From contig CAWCIZ010000003.1 in assembly GCA_963795855.1 (NCBI GenBank), forward strand, positions 544,001 to 608,000: a DNA stretch of 64,000 bases, given 5' to 3'. The notes beneath the pieces are model-generated. The model saw nothing but the letters and a program-made list of their open reading frames with translations, did no database searches and had not been told where the DNA came from. Below are positions 51,191-61,829 of the stretch, piece after piece. A program made the translations under genes and the position numbers. Each line of letters opens with the position of its first letter. The stretch's first letter is position 1. The DNA is from Vulcanimicrobiota bacterium. GTDB lineage: Bacteria; Vulcanimicrobiota; Vulcanimicrobiia; Vulcanimicrobiales; Vulcanimicrobiaceae.

Positions 51191-52726
51191 CTACTCCGGG
51201 TCGAACGCCCCAACCAAAATCATCTGCTCCGAGATCGCTCCGGCGCGGCGGAAGCGCTCGCGCTCGTCAGGTTGCGATTGCGGCGGCAGTTCGTTCAAAA
51301 TCCGTTCGAGTTCTTCGTCGAACATCGCATCCAGCGATGAGGGCGTATATGCATCCGGATAGCGCAAGCGCTGCGCGAGCATTAACCGGTAGATGCGATC
51401 GGTCGCTAGGTCTTCCATATAGCCGTCGAGCAAACTCGCGCCGCGCCCCGCGAGCACGCCCTCGCGGTAGCGAATGACGGTGCGAACCGCGGCTCGGGTT
51501 CCCTCTATCGTTTTCGCACCGGCGCCGGCGGGAAGGGGCCGCAAATCCGGTCTCGGGTCGACGTTTCGAGGGCGCTTGTCCAGCTGGTTGGGCGCCGGGA
51601 ATTGCGCGACCGCGACCGCATTCTGATCGGGATGGCCCGTCCACGCACCGTCCATCAAGCACGTCGCTTCGTTCTTTTTGTCGCGCGCGAGGACGTCCAT
51701 GGCGCGCGCATTCAACTCCGCATCCTCGCGGCTTGGATACAATGCGGTCATGCCGCCGATCGCGAGCATTCCATGCTTGTGACAGACTTCCGGAATGATC
51801 TCACGCAAGCGTTGAAAGAACGGAACGTCTGTCGGGATCGTGTTCCGGTCGGGCAGCACCCAGCGCGGATCGGCAAGCGTATAGTGAATCAAACTCGCCA
51901 TGTAGTCCCAGCGGCCGAGATTCAAGCCGAGCAGATACTTGCGCAGGTTGTAAGTGAACTCTTCGAGCTGATACGCGAGCGGATGTGCCTCGACCAGCGC
52001 CATGCACTTGATCGAACCCTCCGGCCAGCCTTTCGCGGCGATCGCCGCATCGAAAACGTCGCGCCACCACAGCGCTTCATCCGCCGATTCCGATTTTGGA
52101 ATGTAGATGCACAGCGTTCGGTTCGCCAAGCGCTCCACGTCGAGCCGGTACACTAGCAAGGCGACGTCGAACAGCGAAGCCGGCGTCGGTTCGTCGTAGA
52201 TCCCCGCTTGCGAAAGGTGCAGACCGCGCACGCGATTCCACACCACGGTGCTGCTCGGGACGATTCGCACGCCGGCGTTGCGTTTCGCGTCGACGTACGT
52301 GAGTTCGCCGTACAGCGCTTTCACGATGTTGTCGTGTCCGAGCAGCGTGTGCTCCCACGCGTTGACCATGGAATCTTCGAGGTCGAGCATCACGCCCGGC
52401 GCGCCCGAGTTCAGCATCTTTACCACGAGTTCGGCGTCGTCCGCCGGGCCCGTCATCTGGTTTCGCTGATCGGCGCACCACTCCGGCAGCGCGATGCGCC
52501 AATCGGTGGGACGCGCCTTCGTCGCGTAGAGATACGCCGGCAGGATGCCGTGGTGCGCGCGCTCCAGCACGCGTTGCCGCTGCGCCTTCAACTCTTGCTG
52601 TTGCCGCGCAAAGCGTTCGTGCAGCGGACGGTAGAACGCCGCGAACCCCGCCGGTAGATCGCGTTCGACGTCGAAGCCGGCGGGCGCCGTGTTCATGCCG
52701 GGCGGGCCGAGCGTTTGCATTCGCAT
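51191..52726 (-). CDS. aceB: Malate synthase
   Basis: MTGP, LDLEDS, GLNLGRWDY, IGGM, DGAWTGHP, MEDLAT. Confidence 0.92.
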   Translation of the reverse strand: MRMQTLGPPGMNTAPAGFDVERDLPAGFAAFYRPLHERFARQQQELKAQRQRVLERAHHGILPAYLYATKARPTDWRIALPEWCADQRNQMTGPADDAELVVKMLNSGAPGVMLDLEDSMVNAWEHTLLGHDNIVKALYGELTYVDAKRNAGVRIVPSSTVVWNRVRGLHLSQAGIYDEPTPASLFDVALLVYRLDVERLANRTLCIYIPKSESADEALWWRDVFDAAIAAKGWPEGSIKCMALVEAHPLAYQLEEFTYNLRKYLLGLNLGRWDYMASLIHYTLADPRWVLPDRNTIPTDVPFFQRLREIIPEVCHKHGMLAIGGMTALYPSREDAELNARAMDVLARDKKNEATCLMDGAWTGHPDQNAVAVAQFPAPNQLDKRPRNVDPRPDLRPLPAGAGAKTIEGTRAAVRTVIRYREGVLAGRGASLLDGYMEDLATDRIYRLMLAQRLRYPDAYTPSSLDAMFDEELERILNELPPQSQPDERERFRRAGAISEQMILVGAFDPE

Positions 52727-54039
52727 TACGCGACCGCCGCGCCCGTCGTGTGCTCTTCGACTTCGTAGAACTGCTCTTCTTCGGTCGAGCCGGTCAATGC
52801 CGTCGTCGATGCGGTGCCTTCCGAGACGACGCGCGCGACGTCGTCGAAATAGCCGGTGCCGACTTCACGCTGGTGGCGCGTCGCCGTGTACCCGAACTGT
52901 TCGCTCGAGAATTCACGCTGCTGGAAGTCCGCATATGCGCTCATGCCGCGCTCGCTGAAATCGCGCGCGAGTTCGAACATGCTGTGGTTGAGGGCGTGGA
53001 AACCGGCCAGCGTGATGAACTGGAACCTGTATCCCATCTCACCCAGCGTGTCGCGGAACTGCGCGATGCTCCGCTCGTCGAGTTTTTTCTTCCAGTTGAA
53101 CGACGGCGAGCAGTTGTACGCCAGCAGTTTTCCGGGGAATTGCGCGTGGATCGCGGCCGCGAACTTGCGCGCTTCATCGACGTTCGGTTCCGACGTTTCG
53201 CACCAGATCAGGTCCGCGTAGGGCGCGTATGCCAGTCCGCGCGCAATTGCCGCGTCGATGCCGCCGCGAATGCGGTAGAAGCCCTCCGCGGTTCGTTCGC
53301 CGGTGCAGAATGCTTTGTCGCGCGCATCGACGTCGCTCGTGAGCAACTGCGCCGCGTTTGCATCCGTGCGCGCGACGATGATTGTCGGCACGTCGAGCAC
53401 GTCGGCCGCGAAGCGCGCGGCGACCAGATGCCGCACCGCCTGCTGCGTCGGGATCAGCACCTTGCCGCCCATGTGCCCGCATTTTTTCTCGGATGCCAAC
53501 TGATCTTCGAAATGCACGCCGGCCGCGCCGGCCCGGATCATCGACTTCATCAGTTCGAAGACGTTGAGCGCGCCGCCGAAACCCGCTTCCGCGTCGGCGA
53601 CGATCGGCACGAACCAATTCGTTCCGGTGCGGCCTTCACTGCAGTCGATTTGGTCGGCGCGCTGCAGCGCGTTGTTGATGCGTTCGACGACCGCCGGCAC
53701 GCTGTTGACGGGATACAAACTCTGATCCGGATACATCTGACCGGCGACGTTTGCGTCCGCCGCGACTTGCCAACCGCTCAGATAGATCGCCTTGAGGCCC
53801 GCTTTGACCGACTGCACCGCCTGATTTCCGGTGAGGCAACCGAGCGCCGCCACCGGCTGCGGTTCGTGCAGAAGAGACCAGAGGCGTTCTGCGCCGGCTC
53901 GGGCGAGCGTGTATTCCACGCGCAGCGTTCCGCGCAGGCGCTCCACGTCGGCGCCGGCATACCGGCGTTCGATTCCGGCCCAGCGGGCGTCGGTCTTCCA
54001 GGACTGCTCCAACTTCGATACTGCGGACGCAACCTTCAC
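52726..54039 (-). CDS. aceA: Isocitrate lyase
   Basis: [40 protein letters not shown] before GTG 54039. Confidence 0.98.
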   Translation of the reverse strand: MKVASAVSKLEQSWKTDARWAGIERRYAGADVERLRGTLRVEYTLARAGAERLWSLLHEPQPVAALGCLTGNQAVQSVKAGLKAIYLSGWQVAADANVAGQMYPDQSLYPVNSVPAVVERINNALQRADQIDCSEGRTGTNWFVPIVADAEAGFGGALNVFELMKSMIRAGAAGVHFEDQLASEKKCGHMGGKVLIPTQQAVRHLVAARFAADVLDVPTIIVARTDANAAQLLTSDVDARDKAFCTGERTAEGFYRIRGGIDAAIARGLAYAPYADLIWCETSEPNVDEARKFAAAIHAQFPGKLLAYNCSPSFNWKKKLDERSIAQFRDTLGEMGYRFQFITLAGFHALNHSMFELARDFSERGMSAYADFQQREFSSEQFGYTATRHQREVGTGYFDDVARVVSEGTASTTALTGSTEEEQFYEVEEHTTGAAVA

Positions 54040-54085
54040 GGGTGTCTCCTCTCGAGCGCAAGCACTTGGCCTGCCATGGCGCCTG

Positions 54086-54101
54086 ATTGGACCGCTCCAA
54101 T
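54086..54101. promoter_or_regulatory. Palindromic operator candidate upstream of aceA
   Basis: ATTGGA-CCGC-TCCAAT, just downstream of a TACCAT -10 on the minus strand (54110-54105). Confidence 0.5.
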
Positions 54102-54162
54102 TGGATGGTAGCCTTTGTTTCTTTGGATGAGGTCCGAATGTGAGGGACAGGCTATCAAAGAC

Positions 54163-54186
54163 GATGGGCCCCGTCAAGGGCCCATC
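54163..54186 (-). terminator. Hairpin after tricorn protease gene
   Basis: GATGGGCCC-6 nt-GGGCCCATC. Confidence 0.5.
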
Positions 54187-54189
54187 CGG

Positions 54190-57100
54190 CTACGGCAGCG
54201 TGGGAAGTGGTAACGAGGGTTTACTAGTCAAATCGGGCTGCAGTTCCTCATGGCGCTCCGAAGCTTGAAGCGCGAGGCGTATTGCGAACTCCATCTGCGG
54301 ATCTTTCCCGTCGCGGTAATCGTGCGGCGCGATGTCGACGTCGTAATCCGGATCGGTGCCGTAATTTTCGACTCTCCAGCCTACGTCTTTGAACCAAAAC
54401 GAAAACTCCGGCTGCGTCGTAATCGTCCCGTCTACCAAGTGATGATACGGATTGATGCCGATCACGCCGCCCCACGTACGCTTTCCGACGAGCGGTCCGA
54501 GTTTATACAGTTTGAAGCAATGACTGAAAATATCGCCGTCGGAGCCGGCGAACTGATTGGTGATCGCAATGAGCGGGCCGGCGACCGATTCCGGCGGATA
54601 CGGAATCGGTTTATTGCTGTAGCGTGAGACGTCGTAGCCCACGCGTTTGCGATTCAGCTTCTCCAGCAGCAGCGGCGAGACGTGTCCGCCGCGGTTGTAG
54701 CGCACGTCGACGATGAGTCCATGCCGATCGAACTCGGAGAGATAGCCGCGATGAAACTCGGAGAATCCCCACGGCCCCATATCGGGAATGTGTACGTATC
54801 CGATTTTCCCGCCGGTCTGCTCGTGCACCAAACGGCGATTGCTCTCCACCCACGCGCGATAGCGCAACTGCTGCTCGCTCGCGAGCGTTTTCACCGCGGC
54901 GCGGCGTTCGCCGCCGGCCGTTTTCACGGCGATGGCGACCTCTCGTCCCGCGGTGTTCACGAGCGCGCGATTCGGTGACGTTTCGCGCGTTAGCGTTTTG
55001 CCGCCGATTGCGACCAGGACGTCGCCTTCGGAAATGCCGAGCCCCGGTTCGGCAAGCGGCGAGTCGACGTCGCGGTTCCAAGAATCGCCGCGATAGATGC
55101 GCGTGATGCGCCAGCCCCCGGCGGCGTCGTCCCAAGCGTAATCGGCGCCCAAAAACCCGCGATTATACTCCGGGGGACGGCGAAGATCGCCGCCCATCTC
55201 GTACGCATGCGACGTTCCGAGCTCGCCGTGCATCTCCCAGATGACGTCGGAGAGTTCCGAACGCGTGCGCACGCGGGGCAGCAGCATTTCGTAGCGATCG
55301 TACACGCGGTCCCAATCGATGTCCGACATGTCTTCGACCCAAAACTGCTCGGTCTGCAGACGCCACGCTTCACGGTACATCTGCTTCCATTCCGCATGCG
55401 GATCGACTTCGACGTGCATGCGGTCCAGATCGATCCAGCCGCTTTTTCGACCGGCCTCCGGCGGCGGTTTTGTTTCGTCCTGTTCCTCGGGCAGATCGGC
55501 GAGCGCGTCGACGACGCGCAAGCGATCGTGCGACTGATACACGAGGGTGTGCCGGTCGTTGCCGAGCGCGATGTGCGAAACGTCGGTCGCTATGGTGGCG
55601 CTGCGCTGCTGCTCGAAGTCGTAAGCGATAAGCGATCCGCCATTGTCGGCTTCTTCCGCCTCACGATCTTGCGGTTTGATGCCGCGCACTTCGAATTTCG
55701 TGAACAGCGCGCGATTTCGAAGCGCGACGATTTGCCCGTAATCGCCCTCGTCGACCGGAAACGCCAGAATGCGGCGGTCGATGTCTTCGAAATCGATCTC
55801 GATGCGCGGCGGTTTGTCGGTTTTCTTTTTCTCCTCGTCGGCCGCTTCATGTTCGTGGTCGTGTTCGCGGTGCACCGGTTTGGGTTTGGGCCGAAACGGA
55901 TTCGGCACGTCGCGCCGCAGCGTGACCAAGAACGGACGCTGCGCTTGCGGAAAGCTCAGATTGAATTGCAACGCGTCGTATACCGGGTCGAAATCGCGCG
56001 TCGAGATGAAGTACAGGAAGTTGCCCTCGGGATCCCACGCGGGACTTTCGTCCACGCGCATGCGGGGCGTGACGTCGTACGTTTTTCCGGACTTGCACTT
56101 GACGATTCGCACGATCGCCGCATTGTCGCCGCCGGGCCACCAGACGTACGCGAGCCAGCGGCCGTCAGGCGAAAAGGCGAGATCGGTGACGCGGTTTCCG
56201 AGGCTTTTGTCGAGCACGCGCACCGAACCGTCGTTGTCCAGCAGGCACAACTCGTAGCGATGATTCGCGAACGCAAGACGGTCGCTTACCGGCGAGCAGA
56301 CCAGTTCGGTTACGCGGCCCAGGTCGCTGCGCGTGAGCAATTGCGGCGGTTGCGACGCGTCGGCCGCATGCAGCGCGATTTGCTCGTAGCCGTTCTCGTC
56401 GGTGACGGTGACGAAGCGTTTACCGTCGTGCATCCAGGCGATGCAGCGCTCGCGCACCGCGCTGCCTTTCCCATGATGCAGCGGCGCCTCTTCCCAAAAC
56501 GGCATCGTGTACGGCTGGCCGCGCGCTATCAGCGCGAGAGCCGTTCCGTCCGGCGAGGGCGCGAACTCGTCGAGTTCATCGGAACCCTCGAGAAAACGGC
56601 GCGCGGCCTGCGGCGCTGCGGACGGAGCGGCAACCGCGATTTCACGAGACTCGTCGCGCAAGACGTCGTAGCAGAAAATCGCGCCGCCTGAGGTATACAC
56701 GATGCGCTCGCCGTCCGTCGACGGAAACCGGACGTAATAGTCGCTGTGGTGCGTATGCCGGCGGACCTCGCCGCCGTCGAGCGCGCAGGAGTAAATGTTG
56801 CCGATGCCTTCGTGATCGGACAAAAAGTAAATGCGATCTCCGAGCCACATCGGAAACACCGGGTTGCCGCTGGGCAAACGCAGGCGCTCGAATTCACCCT
56901 GCTGCTGAGCGTCCGTCCAAATCTCACCGGCCGTGCCGCCGCGATAGCGTTTCCAGCGCGCGGAATCGGATTCGTTGCGTCCGATCGCGCAACGCCCGTC
57001 AGGGCCGGGATAGAACGACTTCATGTGTCCGAGCCCGATCTCGCGCAAGCTGCTGCCGTCGGCGGAAATCGCAAAACCGCGCGTTTCACGTTCGTACCAC

Positions 57101-57426
57101 GCGCTCGGGTTGCTGACGAAGTACACTTCGGAACCGTCGGCACTCCACGCGCAGGCCGTCGCGACGGTGCCGCCGAGGAACGTGAGCCGCTGCGGACGGC
57201 CTCCCGCTGCGGGCATGACGTACAGCTCTGGGTTGCCTTCGTCGGTGGCGATGAAGGCGATGCGCGAACCGTCGGGCGACAGCCGGGGCGTCGAGCACGC
57301 GCCTTGCGTGGCCGTGAGCCGTACCGCCGTACCGCCGGCCGCCGGAGCACTCCAAAGATCGTCTTCGCAGGCAAAGACGAGGCGGTCGCCGGCAATAGTC
57401 GCGTAGCGGTAGTAGCCCTGATCCAT
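54190..57426 (-). CDS. Tricorn-like S41 protease
   Basis: WKRYRGGTAG, beta-propeller repeats, GELGTSH, PDZ, DVRYNRGG, AGSDGD, GKRTWGG. Confidence 0.95.
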   Translation of the reverse strand: MDQGYYRYATIAGDRLVFACEDDLWSAPAAGGTAVRLTATQGACSTPRLSPDGSRIAFIATDEGNPELYVMPAAGGRPQRLTFLGGTVATACAWSADGSEVYFVSNPSAWYERETRGFAISADGSSLREIGLGHMKSFYPGPDGRCAIGRNESDSARWKRYRGGTAGEIWTDAQQQGEFERLRLPSGNPVFPMWLGDRIYFLSDHEGIGNIYSCALDGGEVRRHTHHSDYYVRFPSTDGERIVYTSGGAIFCYDVLRDESREIAVAAPSAAPQAARRFLEGSDELDEFAPSPDGTALALIARGQPYTMPFWEEAPLHHGKGSAVRERCIAWMHDGKRFVTVTDENGYEQIALHAADASQPPQLLTRSDLGRVTELVCSPVSDRLAFANHRYELCLLDNDGSVRVLDKSLGNRVTDLAFSPDGRWLAYVWWPGGDNAAIVRIVKCKSGKTYDVTPRMRVDESPAWDPEGNFLYFISTRDFDPVYDALQFNLSFPQAQRPFLVTLRRDVPNPFRPKPKPVHREHDHEHEAADEEKKKTDKPPRIEIDFEDIDRRILAFPVDEGDYGQIVALRNRALFTKFEVRGIKPQDREAEEADNGGSLIAYDFEQQRSATIATDVSHIALGNDRHTLVYQSHDRLRVVDALADLPEEQDETKPPPEAGRKSGWIDLDRMHVEVDPHAEWKQMYREAWRLQTEQFWVEDMSDIDWDRVYDRYEMLLPRVRTRSELSDVIWEMHGELGTSHAYEMGGDLRRPPEYNRGFLGADYAWDDAAGGWRITRIYRGDSWNRDVDSPLAEPGLGISEGDVLVAIGGKTLTRETSPNRALVNTAGREVAIAVKTAGGERRAAVKTLASEQQLRYRAWVESNRRLVHEQTGGKIGYVHIPDMGPWGFSEFHRGYLSEFDRHGLIVDVRYNRGGHVSPLLLEKLNRKRVGYDVSRYSNKPIPYPPESVAGPLIAITNQFAGSDGDIFSHCFKLYKLGPLVGKRTWGGVIGINPYHHLVDGTITTQPEFSFWFKDVGWRVENYGTDPDYDVDIAPHDYRDGKDPQMEFAIRLALQASERHEELQPDLTSKPSLPLPTLP

Positions 57427-57502
57427 AGCGCGCTCACAGGTTGGCGAGAGAACGCGGCCGTCCCGCTTGCACGGCCTATTACTTTGTGTTACAAAGTGAT
57501 AC

Positions 57503-58189
57503 ATGGCGCACGTCGCGATCATCATGGACGGGAACCGGCGCTGGGCGGCGGCCCGAGGGGTACCGCTGGTCGAGGGATACCGGCGCGGAATCGTCGCGTT
57601 GCGCGAGGCCGTTTCGGCCGCCGTCGACGCAGGCGTGAGCGCCCTCACCGTATACGGTTTTTCGACGGAAAACTGGCGCCGCGACGGCTCCGAAATCGGC
57701 ATGCTCATGCAGCTTTGCGCGAGCTTCGCGGCAGCCGAGAAGTCGGCGCTGATGCGTCAAGGCGTACGCGTGCGCATCCTCGGCGACATCGAACCGTTTC
57801 TTCTGCCCGCGCGCGCCGGTCTGCGCGATCTCGTACGCGCAACCGAAAAAAACCGCCGTCTCACGCTGAACCTCGCTCTGAACTACAGCGGCCGGGCGGA
57901 GATCGTGCGCGCCGCTCAACTCATCGCGCGAGACGTCTGCGGCGGACGGCTGGCGCCCGACGAGGTCGATGAGGCGGCGCTTCGTTCGCGTCTGTACGTG
58001 CCGGAAATGCCGGATCCCGATTTACTCATTCGCACCGGCGGAGATCTCCGGATATCGAATTTTCTGTTGTACCAACTCGCCTACACCGAACTGCTGACGC
58101 TTCCGATCATGTGGCCGGATTTCACGGCAGCGCATTTCACCGAGGCCGTGCAGTCGTACGGCGAGCGCGAACGGCGTTTCGGCGCGTAA
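57503..58189 (+). CDS. uppS: Polyprenyl diphosphate synthase (cis-prenyltransferase)
   Basis: HVAIIMDGNRRWA, FSTENW, DLLIRTGG..RISNFLL. Confidence 0.93.
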   Translation: MAHVAIIMDGNRRWAAARGVPLVEGYRRGIVALREAVSAAVDAGVSALTVYGFSTENWRRDGSEIGMLMQLCASFAAAEKSALMRQGVRVRILGDIEPFLLPARAGLRDLVRATEKNRRLTLNLALNYSGRAEIVRAAQLIARDVCGGRLAPDEVDEAALRSRLYVPEMPDPDLLIRTGGDLRISNFLLYQLAYTELLTLPIMWPDFTAAHFTEAVQSYGERERRFGA

Positions 58190-58204
58190 GCTCTCCTCGC
58201 GCCG

Positions 58205-59674
58205 CTAGTGTGCGTCCTGTATCTCGTGGAAGTTCGGGCCGCCGGGATTGGCGCTGTTTACCATCGATTGGGCAATGTCCGGAATGATCGTGCGGCCGTT
58301 CGCGCGTTCGAGCAATTCGCCTAGTGCGTGCACGATGATTCCGGTGTCGGCCAACTGCTCGAGCGGCGACGTGAGTACCGGCGTCGGCGTTATGCGCTCG
58401 CGCGGAAGCACCGTCGTTCCGTAAGGCGTGAAGCGCGTCCCGGGAAAACCGGCGATGCTGCGAAACAAGAGTTCCGCGTACAATGCGTTCGCCCATCCGA
58501 AATTCGCTCGCGTGAACAGCCAATAGCCGTCGGGCCAAAAACTTTCATGAATCAAGCCGTCGCTCGAGTCGGTCTGCGCGAGCGTCGTGATGCTCTCCGA
58601 TGTTTCCGACGACGAAGTCGCCGTCAGTGCGCGAGCGATGATCCCGAGCGGCCACACGAATCCCTGCGGCGTATGAGGACTTCCCAATCCTTGCGCATAC
58701 GCTCCGCTGAAAAACCATGGATTGCGCGATGAAAGCGCGTACGCACGCGTGTTCAAATAGGCCGGATCGTTCGCCGAGCACCAATCGATATACGGCAGCG
58801 CGGTCAAATTCGGAATGTTCGCGTCGTCCATGTAGAGGTCGTGCCCGAGCCCGTCGGTTTCATACACGTACGCCCAGCCGCCGTACTTCGCATTCCACAC
58901 GCGCCCGTAGCGCTCGATTCCGACGTAAACCTGTGCCGCCATCGACTGCGCTTCGTTGGCGAGATTACGATCTCGGTACCCGTCGAGCGCCAATTGCGCT
59001 GCGTCTTGCAAGCCGACGACGGCGATCGCTTCCTGCGGAATGTTGAACGGATATGTCGTTCTATCATCCGACGGCCGGAATGCCGACCAAATCATGCCGG
59101 TATTGCCGTTGTAGCTGCCGTTGAGCGTCACTCCGGGAAACGTATACTTGCTGCATTGCGCGTGCAACTGCTCGCAGCGGTACGTGTCGACGATTTTGCG
59201 AAGCGCCGCGTGCAACCGGGGCGTGAATAAAATACGGCGATTCGTTTCCGAATGGTAGACCCATGCGAGCAGCACCGGCCACGCGAGGGAATCGGCTTCC
59301 CACTTGCGTTCCCAAACGGAGTAGTCGGCGCGATAGGCGTTCGCATACGGATCCGCGAGCACGTTGCGCGCGTTGCGCTCGATTACGCCGGCGAAGCGCA
59401 CCGAAAGAATAGGATACGTACCGGCGAAGCGCACGTACGGCAATGTTTGTGCCGACGAATCCCGCAGCCACATCGCCGGGATATCGCCGGTCTGCACGTA
59501 CGTCGTGTCGTCCGCTTCACTGAAAAAGTCCGAGAACAGCGTGTGAAAAAGCGTTTGCGCCTGGATGGGGCGCACGCGGTGACCGGTGAGCGGAAGGACG
59601 AGCGGCTGCGCCGCCGCCGTTGCCGGCAGAATTGCGAGCAGCGCGCACAACGCCGCGCGCAGGGCGGCCTTCAC
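58205..59674 (-). CDS. Glycoside hydrolase family 125 protein, secreted
   Basis: TGDIPAMWLRDS, ERKWEADS, FRPSDD, MDDANIP, GSPHT, HESF. Confidence 0.9.
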   Translation of the reverse strand: MKAALRAALCALLAILPATAAAQPLVLPLTGHRVRPIQAQTLFHTLFSDFFSEADDTTYVQTGDIPAMWLRDSSAQTLPYVRFAGTYPILSVRFAGVIERNARNVLADPYANAYRADYSVWERKWEADSLAWPVLLAWVYHSETNRRILFTPRLHAALRKIVDTYRCEQLHAQCSKYTFPGVTLNGSYNGNTGMIWSAFRPSDDRTTYPFNIPQEAIAVVGLQDAAQLALDGYRDRNLANEAQSMAAQVYVGIERYGRVWNAKYGGWAYVYETDGLGHDLYMDDANIPNLTALPYIDWCSANDPAYLNTRAYALSSRNPWFFSGAYAQGLGSPHTPQGFVWPLGIIARALTATSSSETSESITTLAQTDSSDGLIHESFWPDGYWLFTRANFGWANALYAELLFRSIAGFPGTRFTPYGTTVLPRERITPTPVLTSPLEQLADTGIIVHALGELLERANGRTIIPDIAQSMVNSANPGGPNFHEIQDAH

Positions 59675-60858
59675 AGCGGCGTTACGGCGACCGCGCCGAG
59701 CGATCCGTCCGCGCGCACGGGAGCGCGCAGCAGCAGGCGGGTTCCATCCGATAGCGTCACGCGATATTCGACGGTCGTGGCGCCGGCGGCCCTTTCACTG
59801 CGGAGAAATTCCAGCAGCGCCACGGCTTTCGGCGCGAATAACGTTCGAGCGCGCTCGCGCATTGCGGCGGTGACGCGCGGGTCTTCGTTTTCCGCGGGTC
59901 CGATAGCGGAGCCGGCTGTCGGTCTCAGCGCCGCAACCAGATCGAGCGCCAGCGGTGCGAGATCGACTTTGTCTGCGTTGCAAAGCATTACCGCTTCATC
60001 GCCGGTCGCCGGAATCAGGAACCCGAACGCGCTGTAGCCGTTCACGTTTCCGCTCGCATACCAAACGTCGGCGCCGAATCGCTCGTTCTGCATCAGACCG
60101 TAGTATGGTGCGGGCACGGTACGCATGAATCGCAAGAGATCCGGCACGTCGGAGCTGATTGCGGCCGCGGAAAACGCGTACGCAGGAGAAGACGGCGTTT
60201 CGCGCTGGAAAGCCATTCCGTCCCATGAATAACCGAGCGCCTCGCCCGCTCGATCGCCGTACCGCGTGTTTTGCAAATGCAGCGGAGCAATCACGCGCGT
60301 GTTGACGAAATCCTCGAACGGCTCGCCGCCGATGCGCTGCGCAATCATGCCAAGCAGGACGTAATTCGTATTGCTGTACGCGAACTGCGTACCCGGCGCA
60401 AACACGAGCGGCTGTGCCGCAACGGCGCCGACGAGCTGCGCGGGCGCGTACCACGCGTACGGATTGAGCGACGGGTCGTCGCTGTACGATGGAATGCCGC
60501 TGCGCTGCGCGAGCAAATCCCGAACCGTCACATTCCCGCCCCACGGGAACTCCGGCAAATACCGGGCAGCCGGCCGGTCAAGATTGAGTTTCCTGCGTTC
60601 GGCAAGCAGCAGAACTGCGCGAGCGGTGAACATTTTCGTCAGCGATCCAACGCGGTAGACCGTGTCCGGGCGTGCTTCCTCGTGACGAAGTGCGTCGGCC
60701 TCGCCGAATCCCCGTGCGTACACGATCCGCCCGTTTTGTGCGATACCCACCGACATTCCCGCGACGTGCTGCGAACGCATGACGATCGCGACCGCGTCGT
60801 CAACCCGTCCTTGGAGTGAGAACGCCAGGAGCAGCGCATGCATGGAGCGCACTTCCAC
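59671..60858 (-). CDS. Serine hydrolase/beta-lactamase family protein
   Basis: GSLTKMF (SxxK), YSNTNY. Confidence 0.9.
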   Translation of the reverse strand: MEVRSMHALLLAFSLQGRVDDAVAIVMRSQHVAGMSVGIAQNGRIVYARGFGEADALRHEEARPDTVYRVGSLTKMFTARAVLLLAERRKLNLDRPAARYLPEFPWGGNVTVRDLLAQRSGIPSYSDDPSLNPYAWYAPAQLVGAVAAQPLVFAPGTQFAYSNTNYVLLGMIAQRIGGEPFEDFVNTRVIAPLHLQNTRYGDRAGEALGYSWDGMAFQRETPSSPAYAFSAAAISSDVPDLLRFMRTVPAPYYGLMQNERFGADVWYASGNVNGYSAFGFLIPATGDEAVMLCNADKVDLAPLALDLVAALRPTAGSAIGPAENEDPRVTAAMRERARTLFAPKAVALLEFLRSERAAGATTVEYRVTLSDGTRLLLRAPVRADGSLGAVAVTPL

Positions 60859-60862
60859 ATCA

Positions 60863-61829
60863 ATGGATTTGCTCCGTCAATTTGAGGCTGGAACGCCGCG
60901 AGCGCTCGCACGCGCGATCTCGCGCGCTGAAGCGGGACACGGTGCCGAGTTGATCCGGCATCTGTACGGAAAGACGGGCCGCGCGATGACGATCGGATTA
61001 ACCGGGCCGCCCGGCGTGGGCAAGTCGACGCTGAGTTCCGCAATCGTGCGGAAAGCGCGCGCGCTGGGAAAAACCGTCGGCGTCGTTTCCGTCGACCCCA
61101 GTTCCCCGTTCTCGCACGGCGCGCTGCTTGGCGATCGCATTCGTCTGACCGAGCACTTCACCGACAGCGGCGTGTTCATTCGTTCCATGGCGAGCCGCGG
61201 ACATTTGGGCGGTCTCGCCGGCGCGACTGCCGACGCAGTGCTTTTGATGGACGCGTTCGGCTTGGACGCGATCGTCATCGAAACGGTCGGCGTCGGACAA
61301 TCCGAAATCGAGATTGCGGAGCTTGCCCAAACCACGATCGTCGCACTTCAGCCGGGCAGCGGCGACTCGATTCAGGTTCTCAAAGCGGGCATCATGGAAG
61401 TCGCCGACGTTTTCGTCGTCAACAAAAAAGATCACCCGATGGCCAACCAGCTCAAACGTGAAATTCGCTCGATGATGGAGATGCTGGATTTCAGCGGCTG
61501 GGTGCCCGAACTCGTGATGACGCAAGCCACGAGCGGCGACGGCATCGACGAGCCTCTGGACCGCAATCGAAAAACACGTCGCGTATTTGCAGCGCTCGGG
61601 GGAGATGTCCGAGAAACGGCGCGAAGCGTTCACGCATCAGGTGCGGCAATTGGCGCTCGGCCGTCTGCAGCGTAAACTCGAACGCGAGCTCCAAAGCGAA
61701 ATCGCTGCGGGCGTCGATCCCTATGCCGCCGCCGACCGCGTGCTGCAACGTTTCAGCGTGACCGCCGGGGATGACGACGAGCCGATCCGCCCCGCCCACG
61801 TGCGCGCATCGGTCAAGGGCTTGATGTAA
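60863..61829 (+). CDS. meaB: Methylmalonyl-CoA mutase-associated GTPase (frameshift near 61550)
   Basis: GPPGVGKS, VDPSSP, LGDRIR, ETVGVGQSE, KAGIME, NKKD. Confidence 0.93.
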
